From the NCBI GenBank assembly GCA_965219995.1, contig CBDCOX010000002.1, forward strand, positions 3,040,001 to 3,104,000: DNA of 64,000 nucleotides, written 5' to 3'. This DNA comes from Candidatus Latescibacterota bacterium (GTDB lineage: Bacteria > Latescibacterota > UBA2968 > GCA-2709665). The notes beneath the pieces were generated by a model. That model saw nothing but the letters and a program-made list of their open reading frames with translations, had not been told where the DNA came from and ran no database searches. Positions 49,858 to 61,302 of the stretch are shown here, in pieces. The first letter of the stretch is position 1. Each line of letters opens with the position of its first letter. A program made the position numbers and the translations under genes.

Positions 49858-50313
49858 ATGGACTTTCATCCCTTTATCGTCCACTTCCCCGTCGCCCTGC
49901 TCACCGTCGGCTTCTTCTGCGACGCCGCCGGCGTTCTTCTCCGCAGGGACCACCTCCTCCGCACCGGCTACCTCCTTCTGGTTCTGGGCGCCGTCTCCGC
50001 GATCGCGGCCGCCCTCACCGGAAACGCGGCCGAGGACAACGCCGCCCGAGTCCCCGGCATCGCCGCCGCGCTCGAGCAGCACGAGTCCATCTCCACCGCA
50101 GCCACATGGCTGGCCATCGGGCTTGCCCTCTTCCGCACCCACCTCACCGTCAGGAGGAAGTTCGCCGGGAACCTCCGGTTCGCGTATTTCGTGGTCGCGG
50201 CCGCAACGGCTGTTCTCATTGCCGTCAGCGGATACACCGGAGGCCGAATGAGTTATGAATACGGGCCGGGTATCAGGCCTGTGATGGAAACCCTGGAAGC
50301 GGGGAGACGGTAG
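49858..50313 (+). CDS. DUF2231-like membrane protein
   Basis: HPFIVHFPVAL, TG, HE, GY.GG...Y.YG.G. Stop codon falls inside the adjacent repeat. Confidence 0.82.
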   Translation: MDFHPFIVHFPVALLTVGFFCDAAGVLLRRDHLLRTGYLLLVLGAVSAIAAALTGNAAEDNAARVPGIAAALEQHESISTAATWLAIGLALFRTHLTVRRKFAGNLRFAYFVVAAATAVLIAVSGYTGGRMSYEYGPGIRPVMETLEAGRR

Positions 50314-50672
50314 ATGACATCAATGCCTTGTTGGTTCTACCTTTATGCCTCCGGCAAGAAATGAAGACCCACGCGGCAATAAAATCGGTGAGACGTAAGA
50401 GGGTAGACGGTAGAAAAAAGCGGTAAGACGTGAGACGGTAGACGGTAGATGACATCATTGCCGGATTGGTTATTCCATAATGCCTCCGGCAAGAGGTGAA
50501 ACCACACGGGGCAATAAAACCCGTTAGACGCAAGACGGTAGACGGTAGATGAAGACATTTACAGCAGTGTTTCTACACAAACCGTGCCTGCTAATTTACC
50601 GTTATCGTAGCAATCAAGAAAAACTATAGGGCACTGATATCATCTCCCGTCTAACGTCTCCCGTCTCACCGC
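50299..50672 (+). repeat. Modular heptamer-bounded repeat, locus 4 (A-A-B)
   Basis: Module A at 50314 and 50449, module B at 50549, closing inverted heptamers. Confidence 0.9.
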
Positions 50673-50818
50673 ATTGCTTGCGTTTCGTTCTTGATCGGTG
50701 AGGCGTTGTACGCTACCTTTCGAGCGAATGGCGCGAGCGCGTCCACGCCGTTCCGGGCGCCGTTTTTCGCCGCGGCCGGCACATTGTCATATAAGCTTGT
50801 TCGGAAAGGCCCGACAGC

Positions 50819-53167
50819 ATGCATCCCGCCCCACATCCTCCGTTTCGCACCGCCGCCGTCCTGGGCGCGGGTGTCATGGGATCGCAGATTGCCGCCCACC
50901 TGGCCAACGCCGGCCTGTCCGTTCATCTTCTGGATCTTCCGGGCGACGAAAGAAACCGAAACGGGATTGTCGACGGCGCGCTGAAGGGACTCGATCGTCT
51001 CAGCCCCGCTCCTTTGTTTACGGAAGGAACCGCTCGACGCATCACCCCCGGCAACATCGAGGACGACTTCCACCGTACTACTGAAGCGGACTGGATCATC
51101 GAAGCGGTCGTGGAGAAACCGGACGTCAAGCAGGAGATCATGGCGCGCGTGGAAGCCGCCGCGAACAGCCACGCCGTCATCTCCACCAACACCAGCGGCA
51201 TTCCGATCCACCTGATCGCACAGGACCGGTCCGCAAATTTCAGGCGGCGCTTCCTCGGCGCGCACTTCTTCAACCCGCCGCGCTACCTCAAGCTCCTCGA
51301 ACTCATCCCCCTTCCCGATACCGATCCGTCCGTTGTCGAACGCATCTCCCGTTTCGGCGGCGAACGGCTTGGAAAAGGCATTGTTGTCGCGAACGACACG
51401 CCCGGCTTCATCGGCAACCGCATCGGCGTGTACGCCATGATGCAATGTATCCGGGCCTTTACGGACGAGGGGTATACGATCGAGGAAGTCGACGCCCTCA
51501 CAGGCCCTCTGCTGGGACGTCCCAGGTCCGCCACGTTCAGAACCGCGGACGTTGTCGGTCTGGATACGCTCGTGCACGTTGCGGGTTACCTCCACGATGC
51601 CCTGCCGGACGACGAAAGCCGGAACGGTTTCCGGGTTCCCGAAGTGGTCGACCGGCTGGTTGCAGACGGGGCCACCGGCGCCAAGGCGGGCAGCGGGTTC
51701 TATAAGAAAGAGGGTCGAAACATCCTCTCGTTCAACCCCGAAACCCGGGCTTACGAGCCGGCGGCGGAACAGAATCTGGGCGACCTCGAACCCATTCGGA
51801 AACAGAGGGACCCTTCCCGGCGCCTCCGCGGCCTCTACGCGAGCGACGGGCGGGCGGGCGCCTTCTTCCGGAATCATCTCCTCGAAGTCCTGTCGTACAG
51901 CGCCCGCCGCATCCCGGAGATCACCGCCAATCCGGCCGACGTCGACCGCGCGCTTCGCTGGGGATTCGGCTGGGAGGCGGGGCCCTTCGAGATGTGGGAC
52001 ACGATCGGGTTCGATACCCTCCTCAAGGACATGGCGGCCGAGAACATCCCCCTGCCGGGCTGGATCGAGAGGATGTCCGGAGCGGGCGCCGCCGGATTCC
52101 GCGACCGCTCGCGGGTCTATATGCCGGATCGCGGATACGTGCGGGAATCCCGGGACGAAACCGCCTCGCCCGCGGTTCGCACGGACAAGCCCCGCGTCCG
52201 GTGGCAGAACGAGGACGCTGCTCTCCTGGACCTGGACGAGGATATCGCCCTCTTCGAATACCGCTCCAAGGCAAATACCATGGGTGAGACACTCGTTCGC
52301 GGGCTTGTTGACGCCGTGGACATCGTCGAAACGGGAAATTACCGCGGCATGGTCATCTGCAACGGAGGGAAGAATTTCTCGGTAGGCGCCAACCTGGGGG
52401 AGATGGTCGCACACGCGGAACAGAAACGTTTCGACCGGATGGACGGACTCATCATCCATTTCCAGCAGATGATCCAGCGTGTTCACTATTCCGCCAAACC
52501 GGTCGTCGTGGCCACACACGGCCGCGTCCTCGGCGGCGGCTGCGAACTCACGCTGGCCTGCGCGAGTCCCGTGGCCGCGGCGGAATCCTACATCGGACTC
52601 GTGGAACTGGCCGTGGGACTCATTCCCGGCGGCTGCGGCACCATGCGCATGGCAGCGATTTCGCACGAGCGGGCGTCGTCCGAGCAGGACAGCCACATCC
52701 AGCCCTTCCTGACCAGGGCCTTTGAAACGGTGGCGATGGCAAAGGTATCCAACAGCGCCTATCAGGCTCGGGAATTCGGGTTTCTTCCGCCGGGATCGCC
52801 CATTGTGATGAACCAGGACCGCCGGCTGCACGCCGCCAGACAGGAAGTCCTGCGCCTCTCGAACCTGGGATACGCGCCGCCGCCGGTCCGCAACGGCATC
52901 CGGGTACTCGGGCAGCCGGCCCGCGCGCGGTTCGAGGTGACAACCTACAATATGCTCCGTTCGGGTTTCATCACCGAATACGACCGCTATCTGGCGAACC
53001 GGTTCGCGTACGTGCTGACCGGCGGGGACCTCAGCGGCCCCGCGAACGTACACGAAGACTACCTCCTGGAGCTGGAACGCGAAGTCTTCGTCGCCCTTAC
53101 GGGCGAAGAGAAGACCCGGGAACGAATCTACAGCATCCTGCGAACCAACAGACCCCTGAGAAACTGA
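50819..53167 (+). CDS. fadN: 3-hydroxyacyl-CoA dehydrogenase/enoyl-CoA hydratase (FadN architecture)
   Basis: LGAGVMGSQIAAH, HFFNPPRY, C-terminal crotonase region NFSVGANL, LGGGCE, ends R...L.T.RPLRN. Confidence 0.9.
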   Translation: MHPAPHPPFRTAAVLGAGVMGSQIAAHLANAGLSVHLLDLPGDERNRNGIVDGALKGLDRLSPAPLFTEGTARRITPGNIEDDFHRTTEADWIIEAVVEKPDVKQEIMARVEAAANSHAVISTNTSGIPIHLIAQDRSANFRRRFLGAHFFNPPRYLKLLELIPLPDTDPSVVERISRFGGERLGKGIVVANDTPGFIGNRIGVYAMMQCIRAFTDEGYTIEEVDALTGPLLGRPRSATFRTADVVGLDTLVHVAGYLHDALPDDESRNGFRVPEVVDRLVADGATGAKAGSGFYKKEGRNILSFNPETRAYEPAAEQNLGDLEPIRKQRDPSRRLRGLYASDGRAGAFFRNHLLEVLSYSARRIPEITANPADVDRALRWGFGWEAGPFEMWDTIGFDTLLKDMAAENIPLPGWIERMSGAGAAGFRDRSRVYMPDRGYVRESRDETASPAVRTDKPRVRWQNEDAALLDLDEDIALFEYRSKANTMGETLVRGLVDAVDIVETGNYRGMVICNGGKNFSVGANLGEMVAHAEQKRFDRMDGLIIHFQQMIQRVHYSAKPVVVATHGRVLGGGCELTLACASPVAAAESYIGLVELAVGLIPGGCGTMRMAAISHERASSEQDSHIQPFLTRAFETVAMAKVSNSAYQAREFGFLPPGSPIVMNQDRRLHAARQEVLRLSNLGYAPPPVRNGIRVLGQPARARFEVTTYNMLRSGFITEYDRYLANRFAYVLTGGDLSGPANVHEDYLLELEREVFVALTGEEKTRERIYSILRTNRPLRN

Positions 53168-53222
53168 TCCCCGTGCGATCCGGCCCGACGGATCGCGTGA
53201 AAAGGAAGAGGTGGAGCCCGCC

Positions 53223-54407
53223 ATGAACAACGAACCCTGCATCGTGAGCAGCGTCCGCACGGCCGTCGGCAAAGCCGGGAGAGGGGCCCTGCGCAATGTG
53301 CGGCCCGAAACCATGGGCGCGTCCGCGGTCAACGGCGCCATGGCGCGCGTTGAGGGCCTCCTGCCCGAAAGCGTCGACGACGTGATCATGGGCTGCGCGT
53401 TTCCCGAAGCGCAGCAGGGCATGGTTCTCGGCCGCGTTGTCGCGCGGAAAGCCGGCCTGCCGGAAACGGTTCCCGGCGTGACCATCAACCGTTTCTGCGC
53501 CTCCGGGCTGCAATCCATCGCAATGGCCCACCAGGCGATTTCCGCGGGCCAGGCCGACGTCATCGTGGCGGGCGGCGCCGAATCCATGAGCCTCGTGCCC
53601 ATGGGCGGCAACCACTTCATGCCGGACCCCGACATCACGCGGGAGGACCCGGACCTCTACATCGACATGGGCAACACCGCCGAGAATCTCGCGGAGAGCG
53701 AAGACATCTCCCGGGAGGAACAGGACGCGTTCGCGCTGCGTTCCCACCAGCGCGCGCTGAACGCCGCCGCAGGAGGCCGCTTCAATGACGAGATCGTGCC
53801 CATGCACGTTGTGGACACGGTGTACGACAATGGCGGCGCCACGTCCACCGAAACGACGTTCAGGGCGGACGAAGGGCCTCGCGCCGACACCAGCGCCGCC
53901 GCCCTCGCCCGGCTCCGGCCGGTCTTCCGCGCCGGCGGCACCGTCACGGCGGGAAACGCCTCCCAGGTGTCGGACGGCGCCGCGGCGACGGTGGTGATGA
54001 GCGAACAAACGGCAAGAGAACTGGACGTGGAACCCATGGCGCGGCTCGCGGGTTACGCCGTGGCCGGCGTGGCGCCCGAAATCATGGGGATCGGCCCCGC
54101 CGAAGCCGTGCCGAAAGCGCTCCGCCAGGCGGGCCTCACTCTGGACGACGTCGGCCTGATCGAACTGAACGAGGCCTTCGCGGTCCAGGCGCTCGCCGTC
54201 ATCGGCAGACTGGGCCTGGACCGGGAACTCGTCAACGTCAACGGCGGGGCCATCGCGCTCGGACACCCCCTGGGCTGCACCGGCGCGAAACTCACTGCCA
54301 CCCTCCTGCATGAGATGATCCGCCGCAATGTCCGCTATGGCATCTGCACGATGTGTATCGGCAGCGGGATGGGCGCGGCGGGTATTTTTGAGAACCTGAG
54401 GGCATAA
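53223..54407 (+). CDS. fadA: Acetyl-CoA acyltransferase (thiolase)
   Basis: [26 protein letters not shown]. Confidence 0.95.
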   Translation: MNNEPCIVSSVRTAVGKAGRGALRNVRPETMGASAVNGAMARVEGLLPESVDDVIMGCAFPEAQQGMVLGRVVARKAGLPETVPGVTINRFCASGLQSIAMAHQAISAGQADVIVAGGAESMSLVPMGGNHFMPDPDITREDPDLYIDMGNTAENLAESEDISREEQDAFALRSHQRALNAAAGGRFNDEIVPMHVVDTVYDNGGATSTETTFRADEGPRADTSAAALARLRPVFRAGGTVTAGNASQVSDGAAATVVMSEQTARELDVEPMARLAGYAVAGVAPEIMGIGPAEAVPKALRQAGLTLDDVGLIELNEAFAVQALAVIGRLGLDRELVNVNGGAIALGHPLGCTGAKLTATLLHEMIRRNVRYGICTMCIGSGMGAAGIFENLRA

Positions 54408-54412
54408 GATGC

Positions 54413-56860
54413 ATGGACGTACTGACTTCCACCTGCGGAGTCCTGTCCTTTTCGTACGTCGAAGCCTTCGCCGTTGGGGTTCTCGTATGCGCCCTGGGTT
54501 ATGCCGGCGCGCCGTTGTGGCTGTGGACCGTTCTTTCGGCCGCGTTGATGTGGACGTTCGGAGCGCCCGGCGGCCTCTGGTGGGGCTTCGGCCTCCTCGC
54601 GCCGCTGTTTAACCTGCGCCCGCTGCGCCGCACGCTGATATCATCGTGGATCCTCAAGATCCTCAAGGCGCTCCGCCTCCTTCCAACCATCTCGCCGACC
54701 GAGCAGGCCGCCATCGAAGCCGGAAGCGTATGGATCGACGCCGACCTCTTTTCCGGCAAACCCGATTTCAAACGCCTCAACAGCGAACCCTATCCCGACC
54801 TGGCCGAAGAGGAACGGGCATTCCTCGACGGACCCGTGGAAAGCGCGTGCCGCCTGGCCGACGACTGGGAGATTCACCGGAACCGGGACCTGCCGGAGGA
54901 ACTCTGGGATTATCTCAAAGCGCAACGGTTCTACGGGATCATCATTCCGGAGGAATTCGGCGGGCTTGGATTCTCCGCATCCGCGCACAGCGCAATCGTG
55001 GGCAAGCTGGCCTCCCGCTCCATGCCGCTGGCCGTCACCGTTATGGTGCCCAATTCGCTCGGGCCGGCGGAACTCCTGATCCACTACGGCACCCGGGACC
55101 AGAAGGAACACTACCTGCCCCGGCTGGCGCGCGGGGAGGAAATCCCCTGCTTTGCCCTCACCGAACCGGACGCCGGCTCGGACGCCGGGAGCATCCGGTC
55201 CAGCGGGGTTGTCTTCAAGGACGAGGACGGGCGGCTGTGTCTGCGGCTGAACTGGAACAAGCGGTATATCACCCTGGCATCCGTCTCCACGCTCATCGGC
55301 CTGGCATTCAAACTCCGGGACCCGGAAAACCTTCTGGGCAAGGGCGAGAGCCCGGGGATAACTTGCGCCCTCGTTCCACGAGACACGCCGGGCGTTGTCG
55401 TGGACCGAAGGCACGATCCGATGGGCGTGCCCTTTCACAACGCCCCCACCAGGGGCAGGGACGTCATCGTCCCTGCCGACGCCATCATCGGCGGGTCCGA
55501 AGGCGCGGGCCAGGGGTGGCGCATGCTCATGGAATCCCTGGCGGCGGGGCGCGGCATTTCGCTGCCCGCGACTGCAGCCTTCGGCGCCAAGCTGACCGCG
55601 CGCGTGGCGGGCGCCCACGCCACCGTACGCAAACAGTTCGGCCTGTCCATCGGGCAATTCCAGGGAGTCGAGGAACCGCTCGCGCGCATCGGCGCCTTCA
55701 CCTACCTCATGGAAGCAGGGAGGCGTTTCACGTGCGGCGGCCTGGACGGGGGCGCGAAATCGGCCGTTGTCTCGGCCATCGTCAAATACAACCTCACGGA
55801 ACTCCATCGGCGGGCCATTATGGACGGCATGGACGTCCTGGCAGGCAACGCCATCGCGCAGGGACCAAGAAACCTGCTCGCCAGGTCGTATCTCTGGGCG
55901 CCGATCGCCATCACCGTGGAAGGCGCGAATATCCTCACGCGCACATTCATCACGTTCGGGCAGGGCGCGATCCGGTGCCATCCGTACATCTATCAGGAGA
56001 TCCAGGCGCTCAGATCGAACGACCTGCGCGCCTTCGACCGCGCCTTCTGGGCGCATGCGGGCCACTTCATCCGAAACGCCTTCCGCGCCACTGCCCTGAG
56101 CCTGTCGCGAGGACACCTGGCGCGATCGCCCGTGCGCGGTCCCGCGGCCCGGTACTACCGCAGACTGGCGTGGGCATCCGCGGCTTTCGCCTTCCTGGCC
56201 GACGTCGCCCTGATCACGATGGGCGGCGCCCTGAAGAAAGAGGAGAAGCTGGCCGGCCGCTTCGCGGACGTCCTCTCCTGGATGTACCTGGGCACGGCCG
56301 CGCTGCGCCGCTTCGAAGCCGAAGGCCGCCCACCCGGCCACCTGTCGTGCGTACACTGGGCGATGCAATACGCGTTCGCGCAGATTCAGGCCGGTTTCAG
56401 CGGCCTGCTCCGGAACCTTCGCGGCCTTCCCGGGCTCGGGATGCTGTTTCGCTATCCCGTCGCGCTGTGGTGTCGCCTGAACCCCATCGGCCGGATGCCG
56501 TCCGACGCCCTCGGCGGCGAGGTCGCGCGGGCCATCCGGACGCCCGGCCCCGACCGGGACGCGCTGACCTCCGACATCTACATGCCGGACTCGGCCGATG
56601 AAGCCCTGGCCCGGCTGGAACGGGCATTCGAGCTGTCCTGTGAGGCCGAGCCGATCGCGCGCAAGATCAAAGGGGCTGCGCGCGCGGGCGTGCTCACGGG
56701 CCGGGACCCCGACCGCCTTGCCGCGCAGGCCCTCGAAAAAGAGCTGATCACGCAGGAAGACGCGGAGCTGTTCCGGCGCGCCGAGGCCGCCCGGGACCAG
56801 GCGATCCGCGTGGACGCGTTCACCCCGGAAGAGTACCTCCCTCTTCCGGAAAAAGCGTAG
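54413..56860 (+). CDS. fadE: Acyl-CoA dehydrogenase, long membrane-anchored FadE type
   Basis: N-terminal [48 protein letters not shown]. Confidence 0.93.
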   Translation: MDVLTSTCGVLSFSYVEAFAVGVLVCALGYAGAPLWLWTVLSAALMWTFGAPGGLWWGFGLLAPLFNLRPLRRTLISSWILKILKALRLLPTISPTEQAAIEAGSVWIDADLFSGKPDFKRLNSEPYPDLAEEERAFLDGPVESACRLADDWEIHRNRDLPEELWDYLKAQRFYGIIIPEEFGGLGFSASAHSAIVGKLASRSMPLAVTVMVPNSLGPAELLIHYGTRDQKEHYLPRLARGEEIPCFALTEPDAGSDAGSIRSSGVVFKDEDGRLCLRLNWNKRYITLASVSTLIGLAFKLRDPENLLGKGESPGITCALVPRDTPGVVVDRRHDPMGVPFHNAPTRGRDVIVPADAIIGGSEGAGQGWRMLMESLAAGRGISLPATAAFGAKLTARVAGAHATVRKQFGLSIGQFQGVEEPLARIGAFTYLMEAGRRFTCGGLDGGAKSAVVSAIVKYNLTELHRRAIMDGMDVLAGNAIAQGPRNLLARSYLWAPIAITVEGANILTRTFITFGQGAIRCHPYIYQEIQALRSNDLRAFDRAFWAHAGHFIRNAFRATALSLSRGHLARSPVRGPAARYYRRLAWASAAFAFLADVALITMGGALKKEEKLAGRFADVLSWMYLGTAALRRFEAEGRPPGHLSCVHWAMQYAFAQIQAGFSGLLRNLRGLPGLGMLFRYPVALWCRLNPIGRMPSDALGGEVARAIRTPGPDRDALTSDIYMPDSADEALARLERAFELSCEAEPIARKIKGAARAGVLTGRDPDRLAAQALEKELITQEDAELFRRAEAARDQAIRVDAFTPEEYLPLPEKA

Positions 56861-56913
56861 CGGCGCGGCAAGGGTCTCCGGACGCCACCACCGTCTCCCC
56901 GGGAGCGCATTCC

Positions 56914-58539
56914 ATGCAAGGCCAGATGATGGACTATCCGCTCACCCTGGACCGGATCCTCGAGCACGCCAACCGCCTGTATCCGCGCAAACGCATCACC
57001 ACCGGATTGCCCGACGGGACCCTTCACCGGTACACGTACGCGGACCTGCACCGGCGGTCGAAGCGCCTCGCCAGCGCACTGGGCGGCCTGGGCATCGAAC
57101 CCGGCGACCGCGTGGGAACCTTTGCGTGGAACAACCACCAGCATCTGGAACTGTATTTCGCGGTTCCGTGCAGCGGCGCCGTTTGCCATACGCTCAATAT
57201 TCGCCTCTCCGCGGACCAGCTTGCCTATATTGTCAGCCACGCCGAGGACAAGGCCGTCTTCGTGGACGCGACACTGCTGCCCCTCTTCGAAGCCGTGGCC
57301 GCCAGGCTCGACCGCCCCCCGCGGACCGTCCTGTTCAATGCCGATCCCGGAATCAGCACGTCCCTTCCGCACGTCTGCGACTATGAAGACCTGATCGACA
57401 GCGGGAGCGACGCATTCGAGTGGCCCGTCACCGACGAGGCCGCGGCCATGGGACTCTGTTACACCAGCGGCACCACCGGCGAGCCCCGGGGGGCGCTCTA
57501 TTCGCACCGCTCGATGTTTTTGCACACCTTCGGCGTGAACCAGTCCAACGCCGTGGGCATTGTCGAGTCGGATATCGTGATGCCGGTCGTGCCCCAGTTT
57601 CACGCCATGGCCTGGGGTCTGCCCTATGCGTGCGCCATGGCCGGCGCGGACATGGTCCTTCCCGGACCCCACCTGAAACCCGACGCCCTGGCCCGGATGA
57701 TCGCGGATGAAGGCGTAACGGTGCCCGCCGGCGTTCCCACCATCTGGACCGGGCTCTATGAAGAACTGAAGGGCAATCCGCGCGACGTGTCCTGCATCCG
57801 GTCTCTGGTCGTCGGCGGTTCGGCCATGCCGCGCGGCCTGATCGAAGCCTACGAAACGGAACTCAACGTTCCTGTCCTGCACGCGTGGGGAATGACCGAA
57901 CTCTCGCCCCTGGGCACCGTCTCCCGGCTGCAGCGGCATCACCGCGCCCTTTCGGACACGGACAAGTGGGACGTCAAAGCCAGGCAGGGGGTTCCCATTT
58001 GCGGCGTTGACATGAGGATTATGGACGATTCCGGTAACGAAGCGCCCTGGGACGGCCGCAGCATAGGGGAGATTCAGGTCCGCGGCCCATGGGTGATCGG
58101 GAGCTATTACAGACAGAAGCCTTCTGCCGACCGGTTTACGGACGACGGGTGGTTCCGCACCGGCGACGTGGGCGCGATGAGCCCGGACGGCTTCCTCCAC
58201 ATCACGGACCGGACGAAAGACCTCATCAAGAGCGGCGGCGAGTGGATCTCCAGCGTGGAGCTGGAGAACGCGCTGATGGGGCACCCCGCCGTGACCGAGG
58301 CCGCCGTTATCGCCGTTCCCGACGCGAAGTGGACGGAGCGTCCCTTCGCCATCGCCGTTCGTTCGCCCGGCGCGGACCCGGCCACGGCGGAGGACCTCCG
58401 GGCGTACCTGGCGTCGGCATATCCGAAATACTGGGTGCCCGACCGGATTGTCTTCGTAGATCAGATCCCCAAGACGAGCGTGGGAAAGCTGGACAAGAAA
58501 GTCATCCGCCGCAGGCATGCCGAAGGACTGTGGGGATAG
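56914..58539 (+). CDS. Fatty-acid--CoA ligase (AlkK-like)
   Basis: [37 protein letters not shown]. Confidence 0.93.
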   Translation: MQGQMMDYPLTLDRILEHANRLYPRKRITTGLPDGTLHRYTYADLHRRSKRLASALGGLGIEPGDRVGTFAWNNHQHLELYFAVPCSGAVCHTLNIRLSADQLAYIVSHAEDKAVFVDATLLPLFEAVAARLDRPPRTVLFNADPGISTSLPHVCDYEDLIDSGSDAFEWPVTDEAAAMGLCYTSGTTGEPRGALYSHRSMFLHTFGVNQSNAVGIVESDIVMPVVPQFHAMAWGLPYACAMAGADMVLPGPHLKPDALARMIADEGVTVPAGVPTIWTGLYEELKGNPRDVSCIRSLVVGGSAMPRGLIEAYETELNVPVLHAWGMTELSPLGTVSRLQRHHRALSDTDKWDVKARQGVPICGVDMRIMDDSGNEAPWDGRSIGEIQVRGPWVIGSYYRQKPSADRFTDDGWFRTGDVGAMSPDGFLHITDRTKDLIKSGGEWISSVELENALMGHPAVTEAAVIAVPDAKWTERPFAIAVRSPGADPATAEDLRAYLASAYPKYWVPDRIVFVDQIPKTSVGKLDKKVIRRRHAEGLWG

Positions 58540-58570
58540 CCGGCCTCGACCCGGGACAACAGGAACCGCG

Positions 58571-59287
58571 ATGCCGCTCCACCTTAAAAACCCTCACAGC
58601 ATCCTGGCCGTTTTGCAATCCCGGCCCCAGGACGTCTACGAAATCCGTCTGCCCGGTCCCGTCGACGGAACGTGGCGCCGGGTCCGGTCGTCCGCCACCG
58701 AAATTGGCGTCAAAGTCGCGGGCGGGAACCGCACGTCACGGAGGCAAAGCCGGACGGGCCGCGCGGGCGGCGCCGAGGCCGTCGTCCGGGAACGACGCGG
58801 GGTCACCGTGCAGGACCTGTTCGCGAACGTGCCCGAGACCGGACTCTGGCTCGCGCTCGACCGCGTGCAGGACCCGCACAACGTGGGAGCGATCTTTCGC
58901 ACCGCCGCCTTCTTCGGCGTCCGCGGCATCCTGCTCACGCGGGACCGATCCGCCCCGCTCACGGATACCGTGTACGACGTCGCATCCGGCGCGGTGGAAC
59001 ACGTGCCCTTCTGCCTTCCGGCCAATCTCAGCAGGGCCCTCGACCTGGCGCGGAAGGCGAACCTCTGGATCATGGGCGCGACCGAACACGCCGACACCGG
59101 CCTGGACGGGGTCTCAGCCGACCGACCCTGGCTGCTCGTTCTGGGCAATGAGGAACGCGGTCTCCGCCGTCTCACCCTGGACAAATGCGACGTCACGTGC
59201 AGCATTCCGTCCGCCGGAAACGTCACCTCGCTCAACGTCTCCGTGGCCGCGGGTATCTTCCTGCAGAAACTCGCCACCCCGCCGTAA
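58571..59287 (+). CDS. TrmH/SpoU RNA methyltransferase (RlmB-like)
   Basis: LDRVQDPHNVGAIFR, LGNEERG, SLNVSVAAG. Confidence 0.9.
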   Translation: MPLHLKNPHSILAVLQSRPQDVYEIRLPGPVDGTWRRVRSSATEIGVKVAGGNRTSRRQSRTGRAGGAEAVVRERRGVTVQDLFANVPETGLWLALDRVQDPHNVGAIFRTAAFFGVRGILLTRDRSAPLTDTVYDVASGAVEHVPFCLPANLSRALDLARKANLWIMGATEHADTGLDGVSADRPWLLVLGNEERGLRRLTLDKCDVTCSIPSAGNVTSLNVSVAAGIFLQKLATPP

Positions 59288-59423
59288 CACACCTCGCGAC
59301 CAACGACCGGCGCTACCCGGATGCGGTACAGGACCGCACCGCGCATGCTTCGGGAACCGGCCCCCCCTTGTCAGCATCTCCGTTATCCCTTATCTTTTTT
59401 GAAAAAGAGCGGGAGAACTGCCG

Positions 59424-60047
59424 ATGCACGAGACCATCTTCTGGGACGTGGATACCCAGTACGATTTCATCATGCCCGACGGCAAACTGTACATCCAGGC
59501 GGCGGAGAAGATCCTGCCCAACCTGGAGCGGCTCACCGCCTGCGCCCGGGAGCGGAACATCCCCATCTTCGGCTCGGTTGACTACCACAACCCCGACGAT
59601 CCGGAAATTTCGGAGACGCCCGACTTCCGGGACACCTTTCCGCCGCACTGCCTGAAGGGAACGCCCGGCCAGCAGAAGGTGCCGGAAACACGAACCGCAA
59701 ATCCGCTCTGGATCGACGGCGACGCGGTAGATGCGTCGGCCCTCGGTGAGCGGGTCCGTAACCACACGGGCGAGATCATCTTCCGCAAACAGCGCTTCGA
59801 CGTTTTCACCAACCGGAACGTGGAACCGGTCCTGGATGCCGTCCGGCCCGGGCGCATCGTCCTGTACGGCGTCGCCCTGGACGTCTGCAACGCCTACGCC
59901 ATCGACGGCTTTCTCGAGAGGAACACCGCCCCCGTCCAACTGGTCCTGGACGCCACGCAGGCCATCGTTCCCGAACGCGGCGAAACGCTCGTGGAAGACT
60001 GGAAGGCCAGGGGCGTGACGGTCGTGTCGACCGACGAAATTACCTGA
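59424..60047 (+). CDS. Isochorismatase/nicotinamidase-family cysteine hydrolase
   Basis: DVDTQYDF..PDG.L, D.H, FPPHC..GT.G, K, GVALDVC. Confidence 0.88.
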   Translation: MHETIFWDVDTQYDFIMPDGKLYIQAAEKILPNLERLTACARERNIPIFGSVDYHNPDDPEISETPDFRDTFPPHCLKGTPGQQKVPETRTANPLWIDGDAVDASALGERVRNHTGEIIFRKQRFDVFTNRNVEPVLDAVRPGRIVLYGVALDVCNAYAIDGFLERNTAPVQLVLDATQAIVPERGETLVEDWKARGVTVVSTDEIT

Positions 60048-60130
60048 TCGTCAGATCCGCGTTCGATGGGGAACGTGGACGAGATCGGACCGCGGTCGGG
60101 TTTCGACAACAGCCCATACCGGAGCCGCCC

Positions 60131-61231
60131 ATGATACTCGTGAACCGGCACACCCAATCGGGAGGCGCCCCTTTTCGCGCCACATTGCGCATCAGGCCGG
60201 CTTCCCGTATGGAACTGTTCGACGTACGAGGCCGATTGAGAGAGGAATTCGGATCGGACTTCACCCGGTATTCCAGGCAATTCTACATTTCAGACCACAC
60301 CACGGCCGGCTACCTGGATCAGCGCCTCGCTGAGATGTTCGAGCACAACGTGGACAACATCCAGGAATACCTCGACGTCTTCCGGAAGCTCTTTCCCCCC
60401 GATGCCGGCTACGTACACGACGAACTCAATCTGAGAACGGAACTCTCCGAACAGCAGCGCGCCAACGAGCCACTCAACGCCGATTCCCACCTCACGTTCA
60501 TGGGGGGAGGATTGGACAACAGTGCGTCTTATGAACTTCGGGGAAACGAGCCGGTCTGGTTCGTGGAACTCGACGGGGTGCACGTTGGGGGTTCGCGCAG
60601 CCGGCGGACCACGGTGGTTGCATACAGCGGCGAGGAGGAGGCGGCCCGGATGCAGGTGAGGGTGCCCGCGGCCCGTCACCCGATAGACGCCCAGAACCTG
60701 AGGGATCCCGGCTTCGGTTTTATCGCCGAGCTACAGTCACTGGTGCGCAAGCACAGGGTATCGTTCGGCCGGTTCGACGTGTCCCTTGCCCCGACGGAGA
60801 ATCACGCGGGCCTGACCGTCAACGAGTACGAGACCCTGCTCATGACGCATGACCTTCGGGAAGTACTGCGAAACCCCCTCCACTATGTGGCGAAGATCGG
60901 CAAGGCGGCGCTCCGCGCCCCCCGCGCCATTCCCGCGAAGGCCCGCAACTACGCCAGGTACGATGCAGTACAGCTGTTCAACGAATTCGTGAGCCGGGCG
61001 CGCATGGGGGGCTCGGTGGTGGAAACGCTCGTGAATCGGGCGCTGTCGGTACCGGTAGCGCGCTTCTTGCGGATGAAGCGGGAGATCAGCCTGCCCGTTC
61101 TGGACCGCGAAGGAAAGGAAGGAATCGGTGAGATCGGCTGGGGCACCTACCAGAGCCCCATCCTGGTCCAGTGGAAGGTCGCCGCGGGACCGGCCCGGAC
61201 GCTCAACGTGAGGCTGTTGCGGTTCGTTTAG
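60131..61231 (+). CDS. Protein with two divergent YjbQ/UPF0047-like domains
   Basis: HTTAG, YVHD, NADSH, FVELDG..R.R, then HAGLTVNE, ISLPV, GTYQ. Confidence 0.7.
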   Translation: MILVNRHTQSGGAPFRATLRIRPASRMELFDVRGRLREEFGSDFTRYSRQFYISDHTTAGYLDQRLAEMFEHNVDNIQEYLDVFRKLFPPDAGYVHDELNLRTELSEQQRANEPLNADSHLTFMGGGLDNSASYELRGNEPVWFVELDGVHVGGSRSRRTTVVAYSGEEEAARMQVRVPAARHPIDAQNLRDPGFGFIAELQSLVRKHRVSFGRFDVSLAPTENHAGLTVNEYETLLMTHDLREVLRNPLHYVAKIGKAALRAPRAIPAKARNYARYDAVQLFNEFVSRARMGGSVVETLVNRALSVPVARFLRMKREISLPVLDREGKEGIGEIGWGTYQSPILVQWKVAAGPARTLNVRLLRFV

Positions 61232-61238
61232 CCGCGAT

Positions 61239-61294
61239 TGCAAAAAAGACGCCATCGCCCGCACAGATCGCGGGCGATGGCGTCTTTTTTTGCA
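61239..61294. terminator. Bidirectional terminator
   Basis: TGCAAAAAAGACGCCATCGCCCGC...GCGGGCGATGGCGTCTTTTTTTGCA between convergent genes. Confidence 0.9.
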
Positions 61295-61302
61295 CGTTCC
61301 CG

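Noticed and set aside
46172-58518. Long antisense ORFs (900, 990, 575 and 646 aa)
   Set aside because: Shadow ORFs opposite well-supported genes, expected in GC-rich DNA.
50819-58539. Beta-oxidation operon as a novel system
   Set aside because: All four genes belong to well-known families in an ordinary arrangement.
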